The notes beneath the pieces were generated by a model that made no database searches, was not told the origin of the DNA, and was given only the letters and a program-made list of their open reading frames with translations. A program made the translations under genes and the position numbers. DNA of 64,000 nt from the NCBI GenBank assembly GCA_030390025.1, contig CM059433.1, positions 2,108,001-2,172,000 of the forward strand. The letters run 5' to 3'. This document shows, in pieces, positions 47,316 to 59,983 of this stretch (position 1 is the first letter of the stretch; each line of letters starts with the position of its first letter). Source of the DNA: Squalus acanthias. Lineage: Eukaryota.

Positions 47316-48420
47316 TCAGATTACCAACAGATGATGGTTCTGTTGTGTAGAAATGTTTTGTGCCAATATGTAAGCGTCCTGTTTGTGTGGTATAAAATAA
47401 TATTGCACCATCTGTTATTCAAGCGTAATTCATTAAGTTAAAGTCACAAGTGGTGTGACCTGGTGATGCTGAAATATCATGAGCAGTAGCCCTCATTATA
47501 TTGGCCCAAAAAGTGCGGTCGGCGGCGTAGCTACGGAGCCACCGCCCTACGAAAAGAATACGAACTTAGCTTGTGCGACGTCCCACACGTAGACTTGCTC
47601 TGCAGAGTTCTGCGCAGCGTATTACATCAGAGAGGCCAGGAGCGCAGCCTATGCGTAAGAGAAGACGCGCCCACAAAGTCTGTCATAATTAGGCACGCCG
47701 ACAGAAACTTCTTTCAGTCTCTTCCATTGAAATTACATTTTAAAAACTTTTTAAAAACTGTTAATTAAACTGGTACTTGGACTTATTTCATATATCAGCA
47801 TTTTGTTAAAATTATGTAACAAAATGCCAACAATAATTTGGCTTTTGTTTTCCACTTGAAGTTTAAAAAAGATAATTTGAGGTCAATGGAAAGATTCTCG
47901 TCCTTTGACAGTTTACTAAAGTGAAATAAATGGTTGAGCTGCTCCACCTTCTATTAGCTGGTTTGTGCTGCCAATTCCACTGGCTTTTACTTGGTGCTCA
48001 CAGTCCTGCCAGGCAGGCTCCATTCCATCATAAGCCTTCCTTTGCAAGAAATTGAAACCAGACCAGATTCTCCAGGAACCACGGTGCTGGGTAGTAACTG
48101 TGATAACTCCCTATCTGTATAAACAAGTACCTGGTTACAGTTCAGACACAATGGACCACACGCATCATCACAACGGACACTTTGCACATTGAAGATCGGG
48201 GTTAGGTGCACGGATGTGTGTGTGAAAACTTAGTTCACGGTTCTTTTCCCTTGTATCATCTCATAACCTGGATTCATGCTTTTAATAGCAGGTTACTGGT
48301 AACATATACACTGGTTAATCAACGTACCATTTAACCTGCTGTTGTCAGGTCATCTCACTCACTCCTCGGTAAACACATACAAGCAGCACAGTTTCTATTA
48401 CTTGGAAAGTGTGTTAAAAG

Positions 48421-49215
48421 AATCATAGAATCATAGAATGGTTACAGCACAGAAGGAGGCCATTCGGCCCATTGAGCCCCCGTCCTTTCCCCGTAGCCCT
48501 GCAAATTTTTTTCCTTCAGGTACTTATCCAATTCCCTTTTGAAAGCCACCATTGAGTCTGCCTCCACCACCCTTTCAGGCAGTGCATTCCTGATCCTAAC
48601 CACTCGCTGCGTAAAAAAGTTTTTCCTCATGTCGCCTTTGGTTCTTTTGCCCATCACATTGAATCTGTGTCCTCTGGTTATTGACCCTTCCACCAATGGG
48701 AACAGTTTCTCTCTATCTACTCTGTCCAGACCCCTTATGATATTGAATACCTCTCTCAAATCTCCTCTCAACCTTCTCTGCCTTAAGGAGAACAACCCCA
48801 GCCTCTCTAGTCTATCCACGTAACTGAAGTCCCTCATCCTTGGAATCATTCTCGTAAATTTTTTCTACACCCTCTGTAAGGCCTTCACATCCTTCCTAAA
48901 GTGCGGTGCCCAGAATGAACACAATACTCCAGTTGAGGTCAGGCCAGTGTTTTATGAAGGTTCATCATAACTTCCTTGCTTTTGTACTTTATGCCTCTAT
49001 TTATGAAGCCCAGGATCCTGTATGCTTTTTTAACCGCTTTCTCAACCTGAAATTGTGCCCTGTACTCCCAAGTCCAAGTCATTAATATATATCAAGAAAA
49101 GCAGTGGTCCTGGAACCGACCCCTGGGGAACACCACTGTATACCTTCCTCCAGTCCAAAAAACAACCGTTCACCACTACTCTCTGTTTCCTGTCACTTAG
49201 CCAATTTCGTATCCA
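48421..49215 (-). mobile_element. CR1 LINE 3' fragment with internal deletion
   Basis: ORFs 48442-48849 and 49042-49242 (GVPQGSV); AATCATAG tandem tail. Confidence 0.9.
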
Positions 49216-49369
49216 TGCTGATAGCCTCACCATTTTTCTCAACTCAAAATCCAGGCCAATATTTATTTTAAAACCATTTATAAAATATTAGATTAGTTCT
49301 TAGAGTTGTGATCTCGAGGCGATAGATAAAAGATTTTCCACTGTAAAGATCTAACTGTATTTTGACTAA

Positions 49370-51600
49370 TACAAATGCAAAATGCTGCGGATGCTGGAAA
49401 TCTGAAATGAAAACAGAAAATGCTGGAAATACTCAGCAGGTCAGGCAGCATCTGTGGAGAGAGAAACAGAGTTAACGTTTCAGGTCAATGACCTTTCGTC
49501 AGAACTGGAAAAAGTTAGAGATTTTAAGCAAGTACAGGGGTAGGGAAAATGGGGGGGAGGGGAGGAAAGAACAAAAGGGAAGGTCTGTGATAGGGTGGAA
49601 GGCAGGAGAGATTAAATTACAAAAGGTATGACTGTACAAAGCAAAAGAAGATGGTAATGGGACAAGTAAAGAAACAAAAGATTGGTCTAGAAGGGGTGTC
49701 GGTGGAAATAGCAGAATCATCAACAGCTGCCATCTGAAAAAATGGGGGCAGAGGTTATGGTCTGAAATTGTTGAACGTCATGTTGAGTCCAGAAGATTGT
49801 AAAGTGCCTCATCGAAAGATGAGGTGCTGTTCCTCGAGCTTACGTTGAGCTTCATTGGAACAGTGTAAGAGGCCGAGGTCAGAGTGGGAGTGGAGCGGAG
49901 AATTAAAGTGACAGGTGACCAGAAGCTCGGGGTCACCCTTACGGACTGAACGGAGGTGTTCCACAAAGCGGTCACCCAATCTGCGTTTTCTCCCCCCAAT
50001 GTGGAGGAGACCGCATCGTGAGCAGTGAATACAGTATACTAAATTGTAAGAAGTACAAGTAAATCGCTGTTTCACCTGAAAGGCGTGTTTGGGGCCCTGG
50101 ACTGTGGGAAGGAAGGAGTTAAAAGGGCAGGTGTTACATCTCCTGCGCTTGCACGGGAAGGTGCCGTGGGAAGGGGAAGGGGTGCAGGGGGTGATAGAGG
50201 AGTGGACCAGGGTGTCGCAGAGGGAGCGGTCCCTTCGGAATGCTGAAAGGGGAGGGGAAGATGTGTTTGGTGGTGGGATCACGCTGGAGGTGGCGGAAAT
50301 GGCGGAGGATGATCTGTTGAATGCGAAGGCTGGTGGGGTGAAAGGTGAGGACAAGGAGAACCCTATCCTGGTTCTGGGAGGGAGGGATAGGATGAGAGCA
50401 GAGGTACGGGAAATGGAACGGACACGGTCAAGGGCCATGTCAACTGCGGTAGAGGGGAATCCTCGGTTGAGGAAAAAGGAAGACATATCGGAAGCACTAG
50501 TATGGAAGGTGGCATCATCAGAACAGATGCGTCGGAGAAGCTGGGAGAATGGAATAGAGTCCTTATAGAAAGCGGAGTGGGAGGCAGTGTAGTCCAGGTA
50601 GCTGTGGGAGTCAGTGGGCTTGTAGTGGATGTTTGTCGATAGCCCCTGTCCCCAGAAATGGAGACAGAGAAGTCGAGGAAGGGAAGGGACGAGTCGGAGA
50701 TGGACCATGTGAAGGGGAAGGATGGAAATTGGAAGCAAAGTGGATGAAATTTTCTAGTTCAGGGCGAGAGCAGGAAACGTCACCGATACAGTCATCAATG
50801 TACCGGAAAAAGAGGTGAGGGAGGGGATTTGAGTAGGACTGGAACAAAAAATGTTCCACATATCCCATGAAAAGGCGTGCATAGCTAGGACCCATGCGCG
50901 TTCCCAGAGCAACACCTTTTATTTGGCGGAAGTGAGTGGAGTCAAAGGAGAAGTTGTTCAATGTGAGAACAAGTTCAGCCAGATGGAGGAGGGTGGTGGT
51001 GGATGGGGACTGGTTGGGCCTCTATTCAAGGAAGAAGCGGAGCGCCCTCAGGCCATCCTGGTGGGGGATGGAGGTGTAGAAGGATTGGACGTCCATAGTG
51101 AAAAGGAGACGGCTGGGGCCAGGAAACTGGAAACTGTTAAAGTGGCGAAGGGCATCGGAAGAGTTGCGGCTGTAGGTGGGAAGAGACTGGACAAGGAGAA
51201 AAAATAGAGTAGAGATGGGAAGAAATCAGTTCCGTGGGGCAAGAACAGACTGAAACGATGGGTTTACCAGGACACAATCCTGTTTGTGGATCTTGGGAAG
51301 GAGGTAGAAGCAGGCTGTGCGGGGTTGGGGGACTATGAGGTTAAGGCCGTGGAGGGAAAATCACCAGAGGAGATGCAGTCAGTGACAGTCTTGGAAACGA
51401 TGGCTTGATGTTCGGTAATGGGGTCATGGTCCCGGGCGAGTTAGGAGGAGGCGTCAGAGGGTTGGCATTCAGCCTCCGCAAGGTAGAGATTGGTTCGCCA
51501 AACAACAACAGGGCCACCCTTGTCAGCAGGTTTAATGACCATGTTCGGGTTGGATCTGAGAGAACGGAGTGCTGCAAGATCAGAGGGAGGTCGGTTAGAG
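49370..51600 (-). mobile_element. Decayed Penelope-like element (RT + GIY-YIG endonuclease + terminal repeat region)
   Basis: IKPADKGG, QIKGVALGTRMGPSYA, RYIDD, YKPTDSHSYL, CKRRRCNTC, NLVYCIHC...HIG..R..RF.EH; frameshifted. Confidence 0.9.
49470..49506 (-). ncRNA. Minimal type I hammerhead ribozyme motif in the Penelope terminal repeat
   Basis: Minus strand AGTT-CTGACGA-A-AGGTC-ATT-GACCT-GAAAC-GTT-AACT. Confidence 0.65.
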
Positions 51601-51757
51601 TGAGTTTTTGATTTTTGTGCATACATCTTCCGTTATATTTACTTTAGTTTTTTCTTTCTTTTGCAGTAAATGGTTTAAGTAGCATCATGTAGGGGACGGT
51701 GATTTTAAAAAAATATATCATTTATAAACTTTTATCATTACATCTGAAATTTTGCAG

Positions 51758-51987
51758 GCTGATCCCAAAGAGGTAATTAAAATGGTCACAAAATACGTGA
51801 CTGAAAATGCAAACATCAGTTGGTCAGAAGAAGTGCAGACGCTGATCCATCATCTTAACTATTACAATGAGTTGTTGACAGACTTCACACAAGCTCAGAC
51901 ACTTCAAGGCCTTGGCAAAGGTGTGGATGTACAGCGATTTGCAACAGATAGTCAATATAAAAGGGAGACAATTCTAGGCTTAGCAGA
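51758..51987 (+). CDS. NBAS: NBAS exon J (230 bp, phase 0-2)
   Basis: tgcAG|...|GTaagt; ADPKEVIKMVTKYV...DFTQAQTLQGLGKGVDVQRFATDSQYKRETILGLA(E). Confidence 0.96.
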
Positions 51988-52838
51988 GTAAGTATGAAAT
52001 CGTTATTGCTAAATTATTCCAATTAATTTAAGTTGTGCAAACAAACGCCAACTGACTCTGTTTTAAGGTGTACTGTCCTCGCCACAATTCAACAGCTGTT
52101 GAGCTCCTCAACTTTACCAAGCTCTTGGGAAGGAGTTGAGCCAAGGCAGGATATTTCTCGATAAGGAATGAAAATATGAGGTAAAGTCAACTCCAGCAGC
52201 TCTGGCATACTCCGAGAGAAGGACATTGGCACCAACTTGTCTCTGGCATACCTTTTGGGAAGGCTGCAGTGCAGAGGAACAAATAAACTGAGCTGTAGTG
52301 GGTGGTGGGTTGAAGATGGCACCATCAATATCAGCATGATTGTTCATTGAGGATTCATTTTCTTTTTTCTGTGCGTTGGGGCAGAGGAATGCTCTAGTGA
52401 TGCTAGTTACAGAGAACATGCCAGAATGACCATTACAAACATCAGGGGGGAAGAGAACATCAGGGAGACTTTAAACTGACCTGAGGACTTTGGGGAAACC
52501 ATGCGACTGACTGGGAATGTAAATTTTCTTCACCCACAGCATGTTGACCCAGAGTTGAGCGGTTCTGATATTTTTCAAAATAACGATCTTTTAAAAAAAA
52601 AACATCAAATTTAAGGTAACTTTATTTTTTCCTTCTCCAAGAGCGGACTCTCCCTATTCTTTCCTTTCACTTTAACCACATCTGTCACAACACTCCATGT
52701 GTGGCCTTACTGGTGCTTAATACATTGTAAGTGACACTTCTATGGATGTATAATTTATCGATTTATTTGTACATCTCAAAACATTATTTGCTTCTTGGAC
52801 TCTAGGGGAATCGAGGGATTTGGGGATCGGGCGGGAAA

Positions 52839-53347
52839 CATAGAAAAATAGGAGCAGGAGTCGGCCATTCGGCCCTTCGAGCCTGCTCCGCCATTCAATA
52901 TGATCATGGCTGATCCTCTCTCTCAATACCATATTCCCGCTCTCTCCCCATACCCCTTGATGCCTTTTGTGTCTAGAAATCTATCTATCTCCTTCGTAAA
53001 TATATTCAGTGATTTGGTCTCCTCAGCCTTCTGTGGTAGAGAATTCCACAGGTTCACCACCCTCTGAGTGAAGAAATTTCTCCTCAACTCAGTCCTAAAT
53101 GTCCTACCCCGTATCCTGAGACTGTGACCCCTCGTTCTAGACCCCCCCAGCCAGGGGAAACATCCTCCCTGCATCCAGTCTGTCTAGCCCTGTCAGAATT
53201 TTATACGTTTCAATGAGATCCCCTCTCATTCTTCTAAACTCTAGTGAATACAGGCCTAGTCGACCCAATCTCTCCTCATACGCCATCCCTGGAATCAGTC
53301 TGGTGAACCTTCGCTGCACTCCCTCTATGGCAAGTATATCCTTTCCT
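52839..53347 (-). mobile_element. CR1 3' fragment inserted into an older plus-strand CR1 tail (about 52795-53450)
   Basis: ORFs 52923-53174 and 53137-53409; the host tail resumes at 53349; GGAAA repeated at 52834-52838 and 53349-53353. Confidence 0.85.
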
Positions 53348-54091
53348 AGGAAAGTGGAATTGAGGTCGAAGATCAGCCATGATCTTATTGAATGGTGGAG
53401 AAGGCTCAAAGGGCCCTACGGTCTACTCCTGCTCCAAGTTCTTATGTTATGTTCTTTTGCAACTGCTGTAGTCACTGCCCATGCTGCTCGCAATACAGCC
53501 ACATTGAATTACGTGGGGCAGTTTTTTTAGCAATTGACATCAATTTAGTGACCCTGTCTGGAGAGTGATCATACCCGAGGTTCTCTGTACTGATAAAAAA
53601 AAAAATTGACATTTAAAAAAAAAAGTCAAACTAGCCATCAATTTCTCTCCTTTTCCACAAAAAGAGCGAATACTTGAATTAAAAAGTACTTCAATTCGAC
53701 TTTCCTTTTCCTTTAAAATATGATACAGAAGTACTGACAATTACTTAGAAAGGGGCAGCAAAGGTGATTCCAGGTTTTAAATCACTTAAGTTATGAAGAA
53801 AGGCGAAGAAAACTGAATCTGTTCCTGTTTTTAAAAAAAAGATTGAGCGGTCGTGATTTTTTAACATAAAATAAACAAGGGAGGATGATGTATAAAGGCA
53901 ATTGTGCCAAATTAAGAGACATGATCATAAACTGTGAAAACCACAAGCTACACCTCAAGACTAATCTCTCTGCTAAGTTGGCGGTATAACGAATTGATTG
54001 TCAACTAATGCAGTAAATACTCCATTGAAGTACTCAACACAATTCAGCATCTAAAGAGTAAGGGATTATGGGTTTATAGTAGGAAGTCTTT

Positions 54092-54834
54092 GACCCAGAA
54101 TTTGTTGGGAAAATAATGGCGAGTTCACGGCGCTCGCTGTTATTAGTGCGTAAAAAAGCCCAACAATTTGTGGCGACAGAGATACGGCGTAAGTTGTGAA
54201 CTGCCACAAATTGCTGGACGATTTGCGCCTCTGCTGTTAGCCTCGCAATAAAGGAATCTCGCCGTCAATCTCCCCAGGAGTTTCAAGAATTGCTGGATTT
54301 GCGCCGTAAATGCAAATTAAACTCACGGTAGAAAGTTAAGGCTGGTATTTCACAACACAAGGACCCTTTTAATGATTAAACTCATGTTCCTGCAGCTCAG
54401 CTCAGAGGCCCAGAAAGAGAACAATTGAAACTGGAGTCTCACTCCTGCAGATAGTAAATTGTTCAGAGAGGTTTTTTAAATTTTAAATTAATTTTTTTTT
54501 TAATTCTTACTTTTCCTTTCTGTCTCTCTTTTTCTCTCACTTAACCATTCTTTCCCTCTCTTTATTTCTCTTTTCTGTATCTAATTTGATTCTAATTCGC
54601 CCAATTTCCTTCTCAGTCATTCGCTCTGTTACTTTCTCTATCTTTAAATTTCATTGGTTAAGGAGATAGACTATTGGTCCCATCGTTCACCAAGGTCCCA
54701 GATGCCCCCATTAACCTTATCAATTCGCACTGCCGGCAACCTGCGGCACAAAAATCTTTTGAGCTGAAGGGTGAGGGAAAAAATCCAACTCCCGTGCACA
54801 CTGCGAGATGCCCCACTCCAGTAAATTCTGGCCC
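54092..54834 (+). mobile_element. MITE, PIF/Harbinger-like
   Basis: TIRs GACCCAGAATTTGTTGG and CCAGTAAATTCTGGCCC; TTT on both flanks (possible 3-bp TSD). Confidence 0.7.
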
Positions 54835-54859
54835 TTTATTTTTTGATAGATTGCGTCCT

Positions 54860-55420
54860 TAACCCTCATCCATGTTTTCGTTGCCTCCACACTCATCTAT
54901 TCCAACGCTCTCCTGGGCTGCCTCCCATCCTCCACCCTCCATAAACTTGAGCACATTGAAAACTTCTGCTGCCTGTATCCTAACTCGCACCAAATCCCGT
55001 TCGCCCATCACACCTGTGCTCACCGACCGACATTGCCTCCCGGTCCCCGAATACTTTGATTTTAAAATTCTCATTATTGTGTTCAAATCCCTCCATGGCC
55101 TCGCCCCTCCCTATCTCTGTAACCTCCTCCAGCCCCACAATGCTCCGAGAACTCTGCGTTCCACCCGTTCTGGCCTCTTGTGCATCCCCCATATCCTTTG
55201 CCTTTAACCGTCTAGGTCCTAAGCTCTGGAATTCCATCCCGAAACCTCTCCACCTCTCTCCTCTTTTAAGATGTTCCACTTTGACCAAGCTCTTAGTCAC
55301 CCGCTGTAATAGCTCCTTCTTTTGCTTGGTGTCAATTTTTGCCTGATTTACGCTCACATGAAGCACCTTGGGATGTTTTATTACGGTAAAGGCACTATAT
55401 AAATGCAAGTTGTTGTTATG
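54860..55420 (+). mobile_element. L2-clade LINE 3' fragment
   Basis: AACILTRTKSRSPITPVL...FKILIIVFKSLHGLAPPYLCNLL; tail CTATATAAATGCAAGTTGTTGTT. Confidence 0.85.
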
Positions 55421-56123
55421 CAAGATGTAGATGACAGGATAAAGCTAAACAGCATCATGTTCCTACATTCTGATATTCCTGCTTACTACTTTTTACACCA
55501 GTCTATTGGGACAAGATAGTTGGATAAATGCCAACTTCAGAACTGTTACTGAAGTGGATTCATGTCCACTGGGAACAAGACTGCACAGCAATAATGAAGT
55601 TCGAACTCAGCCTTTCTGGTGAAGTTTCAATTAATCAGTCCAGTCCACTTAAAATAAAATAAGCCAAACACAAAGTCTCTTAACTTGTTCTGGATGTTTC
55701 ATTTCACTGGGAAATGTCTTCAGCTGTGTGAATGATTAATTAAAAACTGCATATTACTCGAGTTTTAATCATGTATACTGTTGAATAAATTGTCTGGGGA
55801 AAGGAAAAAGAGCAAGTTTAAAAAACTTGTGTGGTTTCTTATTCAGCATGTGAAAACAGACTAGAACTGACATGATTTGCAAACCTTGGCCTGACCTCTG
55901 GCGTCTTCATGTTATCCACACTGGAAAACCCAGACTGGAAAGCTGAAAAGATAGACCTCGAAATTCCACGGTGATTTTTCTAGTCTCCTGCTGGAACTTC
56001 AGCGGGAAACTAGCAGACCTCTTCCGAGAAACCGCACAAAGGGTCATTTTCCGCCATTTCTCCAGGGGTTCTGCCATTCTCCACAAAGTTATGGCAAGAG
56101 ATTGGGGAAAACCCTCATGGAAT

Positions 56124-56441
56124 TTCACAGAATCACAGAATCCCCACAATGCAGATAGAGGCCATTTCGGCCCATCGAGCCTGCACCAACACATATCCCA
56201 CCCTATCCCCGTAACCCCACGTATTTAATCCCCCTAACACGAAGGGTCAATTTATCATAGCCAAATACCTAACCCGCACATCTTTAGACTGTGGGAGGAA
56301 ACCGGAGCACCCGGAGGAAACCCACGCAGACACGGGGAGAATGTGCAAACTCCACACAGACAGTCACCCGAGGCCGGATTCGAACCCGGATCCCTGGCGC
56401 TGTGAGGTAACAGTGCTAACCACTATGCCACCGTGTTGCCC
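56124..56441 (-). mobile_element. tRNA-derived V-SINE, HE1-like
   Basis: A and B boxes, V-domain, and a CR1-like tail with CACAGAAT repeats. Confidence 0.88.
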
Positions 56442-56650
56442 TTCAAGGCTTCTTAATCATTATATGTCACAATCCCCAGATGAGAAGACTATTCAATTCA
56501 ATGTTAAAGGTTTGCAGATAGCTTTATTTATCTGTTAACTTAATATAATTTACCCATTAAGATTTGTTTCAAAGGGATTATTTGCATGAATTTTCTGGCA
56601 GGATGATTTCAAATACTGATCTTTCCATATTTAAAATGTTTTTTTCATAG

Positions 56651-56761
56651 AACCTTGGAGGAAAATGTGTACAAGATCTCTCTGTCTCTGGCTCAGCGTT
56701 ACAGTATCCCACTCTGGGAAGTTTACATGACACATTTGGAATTCCTTTTCACCGATAGTGG
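56651..56761 (+). CDS. NBAS: NBAS exon K (111 bp, phase 2-2)
   Basis: catAG|...|GTaagt; (E)TLEENVYKISLSLAQRYSIPLWEVYMTHLEFLFTDS(G). Confidence 0.95.
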
Positions 56762-59016
56762 GTAAGTCGCTAAGTAATGGGTTCATTTGTACAAATATGT
56801 CTCCTTTACTTATGATTTTTTACACCATTTTTCTGTTTACTTCTCAATCCTGATTTTTCATTCTTACTCTAAGTAAACAAGACATGACAGCAGTTCAAAA
56901 GAATCAGTCTGTGTTGTGGTAATGTATTCCTGAGGACAACACGACAATATGCTAATTTTAATCCTGTATTCGGGAGACATTCAGACACATTGTATTCGAG
57001 AAGAACGAGTTCTGTCAAGAGTGTCTTTTTAAAATTATTTTTACTATTAGCGAGGGAGTTCTAAACAACATGGAATATTAAATGTTATAGTAGAGCAGAG
57101 ACTTTTGTTAGTGATAGGATTACATAGGATATACGGCACAGAAACAGGCCATTTGGCCCAACCAGTTCATACCGGCGTTTATGCTCCACACGAGCCTCCT
57201 CCCGTCTTTCCTCATCTAAATCTATCAGCATAACCCTCTATTCCCTTCTCCCTCATATGCTTGTCTAGCCTCCCTTTAAATGCATCTATACTATTCGCTT
57301 CAACCACTCCCTGTGGTAGCGAGTTCCACGTTCTCACCACTCTCTGGGTAAAGAAGTTTCTTCTGAATCCCCTATTGGATTTCTTGGTGACTATCTTATA
57401 TTGATGGCATCTAGTTATGCTCTTCCCCACAAGTGGAAACATTCTCTGTATCCACTCGATCAAAACCTTTCATAATTTTAAAGACTTCTATTATGTCACC
57501 CCTCAGCCTTTTTTCAAGAGAAAAGAGACCCAGCCTGTTCATCCTTTCCTGATATGTATACCTCGCATTTCTGGTCTCATCCTTGTAAATCTTCTCTGCA
57601 CCCTCTCCAGTGCCTCTATATCCTTTTTATAATATGGCGACCAGAACTGTACGCAGTACTCTAAGTGTAGTCTAACCAAGGTTCGATACAGGTTTAGCAT
57701 AACTTCCCTACTTTTCAATTCTATCCCTCTAGAAATAAACCCTAGTGCTTGGTTTGCCTTTTTTATGGCCTTGCTAACCTGTGTCGCAACTTTTAGTGAT
57801 TTGTGTATTTGTACTCCGAGATCCCTTTGTTCCTCTACCCCACCTAGACTCGCGCCCTCCAAGTAATAAGTGACCTCTATTCTTCCTACCAAAATGTAAT
57901 ACCTCACATTTATCTGTTTTGAACTTCATTTGTCAATTATATGCCCATTCTGCAAGTTTATTAATCTTGAGGCCAGCTAGCTATCCATTCCGCTACTTGT
58001 CCCCTGACTCCGCATCCTCTGACCTTGTTCCTCAGTCTATTATGGGTTACCTTATCGAAGGCCTTTTGAAAATCTAGATAAATTACATCTACTGCATTAC
58101 CATTGTCTACTCTCTGTTACCTCTTCAAAAAATTGAATGAGGTTGGTCAAGCAAGACTTTCCCTTTTGAAATCCATGCTGACTTGATTACTATGTTTTTG
58201 GTTTCTAGATGTTCTTCTATGTTCTCCTTTAGTAGAGATTCCATTATTTTTCCTACCACCGATGTTAAGCTGACTGGTCTATAATTCCCTGGACATGTTC
58301 TGCCCCCCTTCTTAAATATCGGTATTATGTTAGCTATCCGCCAGTCCTCTGGCACTACACCTTTTTCTAACGAGTTATTAAATATGAGTAGTAATGCCTC
58401 TGCTATCTCTTCCCTAGATTCTTTTAAAATGCGTGGATGCAATCCATCCGGACCAGGGGTTTTATCCTGAGTTTGATTAGTTTATTTAATATATCCCCTC
58501 TTTTTATTTTAAATGCACTTATCTCAACACTAATCTCATCATCCAATGTCATGTCCACCTGTTCTATCTCCCTGGTAAATACTGAAGCAAAATAATTATT
58601 TAATATTTCTGCCATCTCCCTATCGTTACCTGTGGTATTATCCTGTCTATCCCTCAATGGCCCTTTTCCCATTCCAACCTTCCTTTTTTATTGATGTGCC
58701 TGTAAAATATTTTACTATTTTGTTTTATGTTCCTTGATAATTTAATTTCATAGATCCTCTTTGCCTTCCTAATTTTTTTTTGTTTTCTTTCCGAATCTCT
58801 TCGTATTCTCCCTTATCATGCATTCCCCTGCTGTCTATGTACTTAATGTATGCCTCTTTCCTTCCCCTCAATTGTTCTCTTATGGCTTTATTCATCCATG
58901 GAGTTTCATTAGTGTTTAATTTGTTCTTTCCTTTTAGCGGAATATATTGTTCCTGTCACTCTGTTGAACACTCTTTTAAATGTTTCCCATTGCTGTTCTA
59001 CATCGTTCTATAGCCT

Positions 59017-59416
59017 AGAGACTTGAGAACAAAAATCTAGGCTGACCCTCCAGTGCAGCACTGAGGGAGTGCTGCACTTTCAGAGGTGCCATCTTTCAGA
59101 TGAGATGTTAAACCGAGGCCCCGTCTACACTCTCAGGTGGACGTAAAAGATCCCTTGGCACTATTTTCGAAGAAGATCAGGGGAGTTATCCCCGGTGTCC
59201 TGGCCAATATTTATCCCTCAATCAACATCACTAAAACAGATTATCTGGTCATTATCACATTGCTGTTTGTGGGAGCTTGTTGTGCGCAAATTGGCTGTCG
59301 TGTTTCCTACATTACAACAGTGACTACACTTCAAAAAAAGCACTTCATTGGCTGTAAATCACTTAAGGACATCCGGTGGTCGTGAAAGGCGCTATATAAA
59401 TGCAAGTCTTTCTTTT
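59017..59416 (+). mobile_element. 5'-truncated DeuSINE, SacSINE1-like
   Basis: Deu-like core GATGAGATGTTAAACCGAGGCCCCGTC...GTAAAAGATCCC; L2-type tail GGCGCTATATAAATGCAAGTC. Family recalled from memory. Confidence 0.7.
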
Positions 59417-59420
59417 CCTT

Positions 59421-59983
59421 ATTACAAGAGGATTTGAGTATAAGAGTAAAGACCCTGGTGAGACCACACCGGGAGTATTGTGTACAGTGTGGTAGTGCAA
59501 CGAAGGTTCACCAGACTGGTTCCTGGGGTGGGAGGTTTGTCCAATAAGGAGAGATTGAGTAGACTAGGGGTATGTTCTCTAGAGTTTAGAAGAATGAAAG
59601 GTGATCTCATTGATAAATACAAAATTCTTACAGGGCTTGACAGGATAGATGCAGGGAGGATGTTTCCCCTGGCTGGGGAGTCTAGAACCAGGGGTCACAG
59701 TCTCAGAATAAGGGGTCGGCCATTTAGGACTGAGATGAGGAGAAATTTCTTCACTGAGGGTGGTGAATCTTTGGAATTCTCTACCCCAGAGGGCTGTGCA
59801 GGCTCAGTCGTTGAGTATATTCAAGACAGAGATCGGTAGATTTTTGGATATTAAGGGAATCAAGGGATATGGGGATAGTGCAGGAAAGTGGAGTTGAGGT
59901 AGAAGATCGGCCATGATCTTATTGAATGGCAGAGCAGGCTCGAGGGACCAAATGGCTGACTCCTGCTCCTATTTCTTATGTTC
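59421..59983 (+). mobile_element. CR1 3' fragment, opposite in orientation to the host CR1
   Basis: ORF 59480-59839 (VQRRFTRLVPG...DRIDAGRMFPLAGESRTRGH) plus 3' UTR. Confidence 0.9.
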
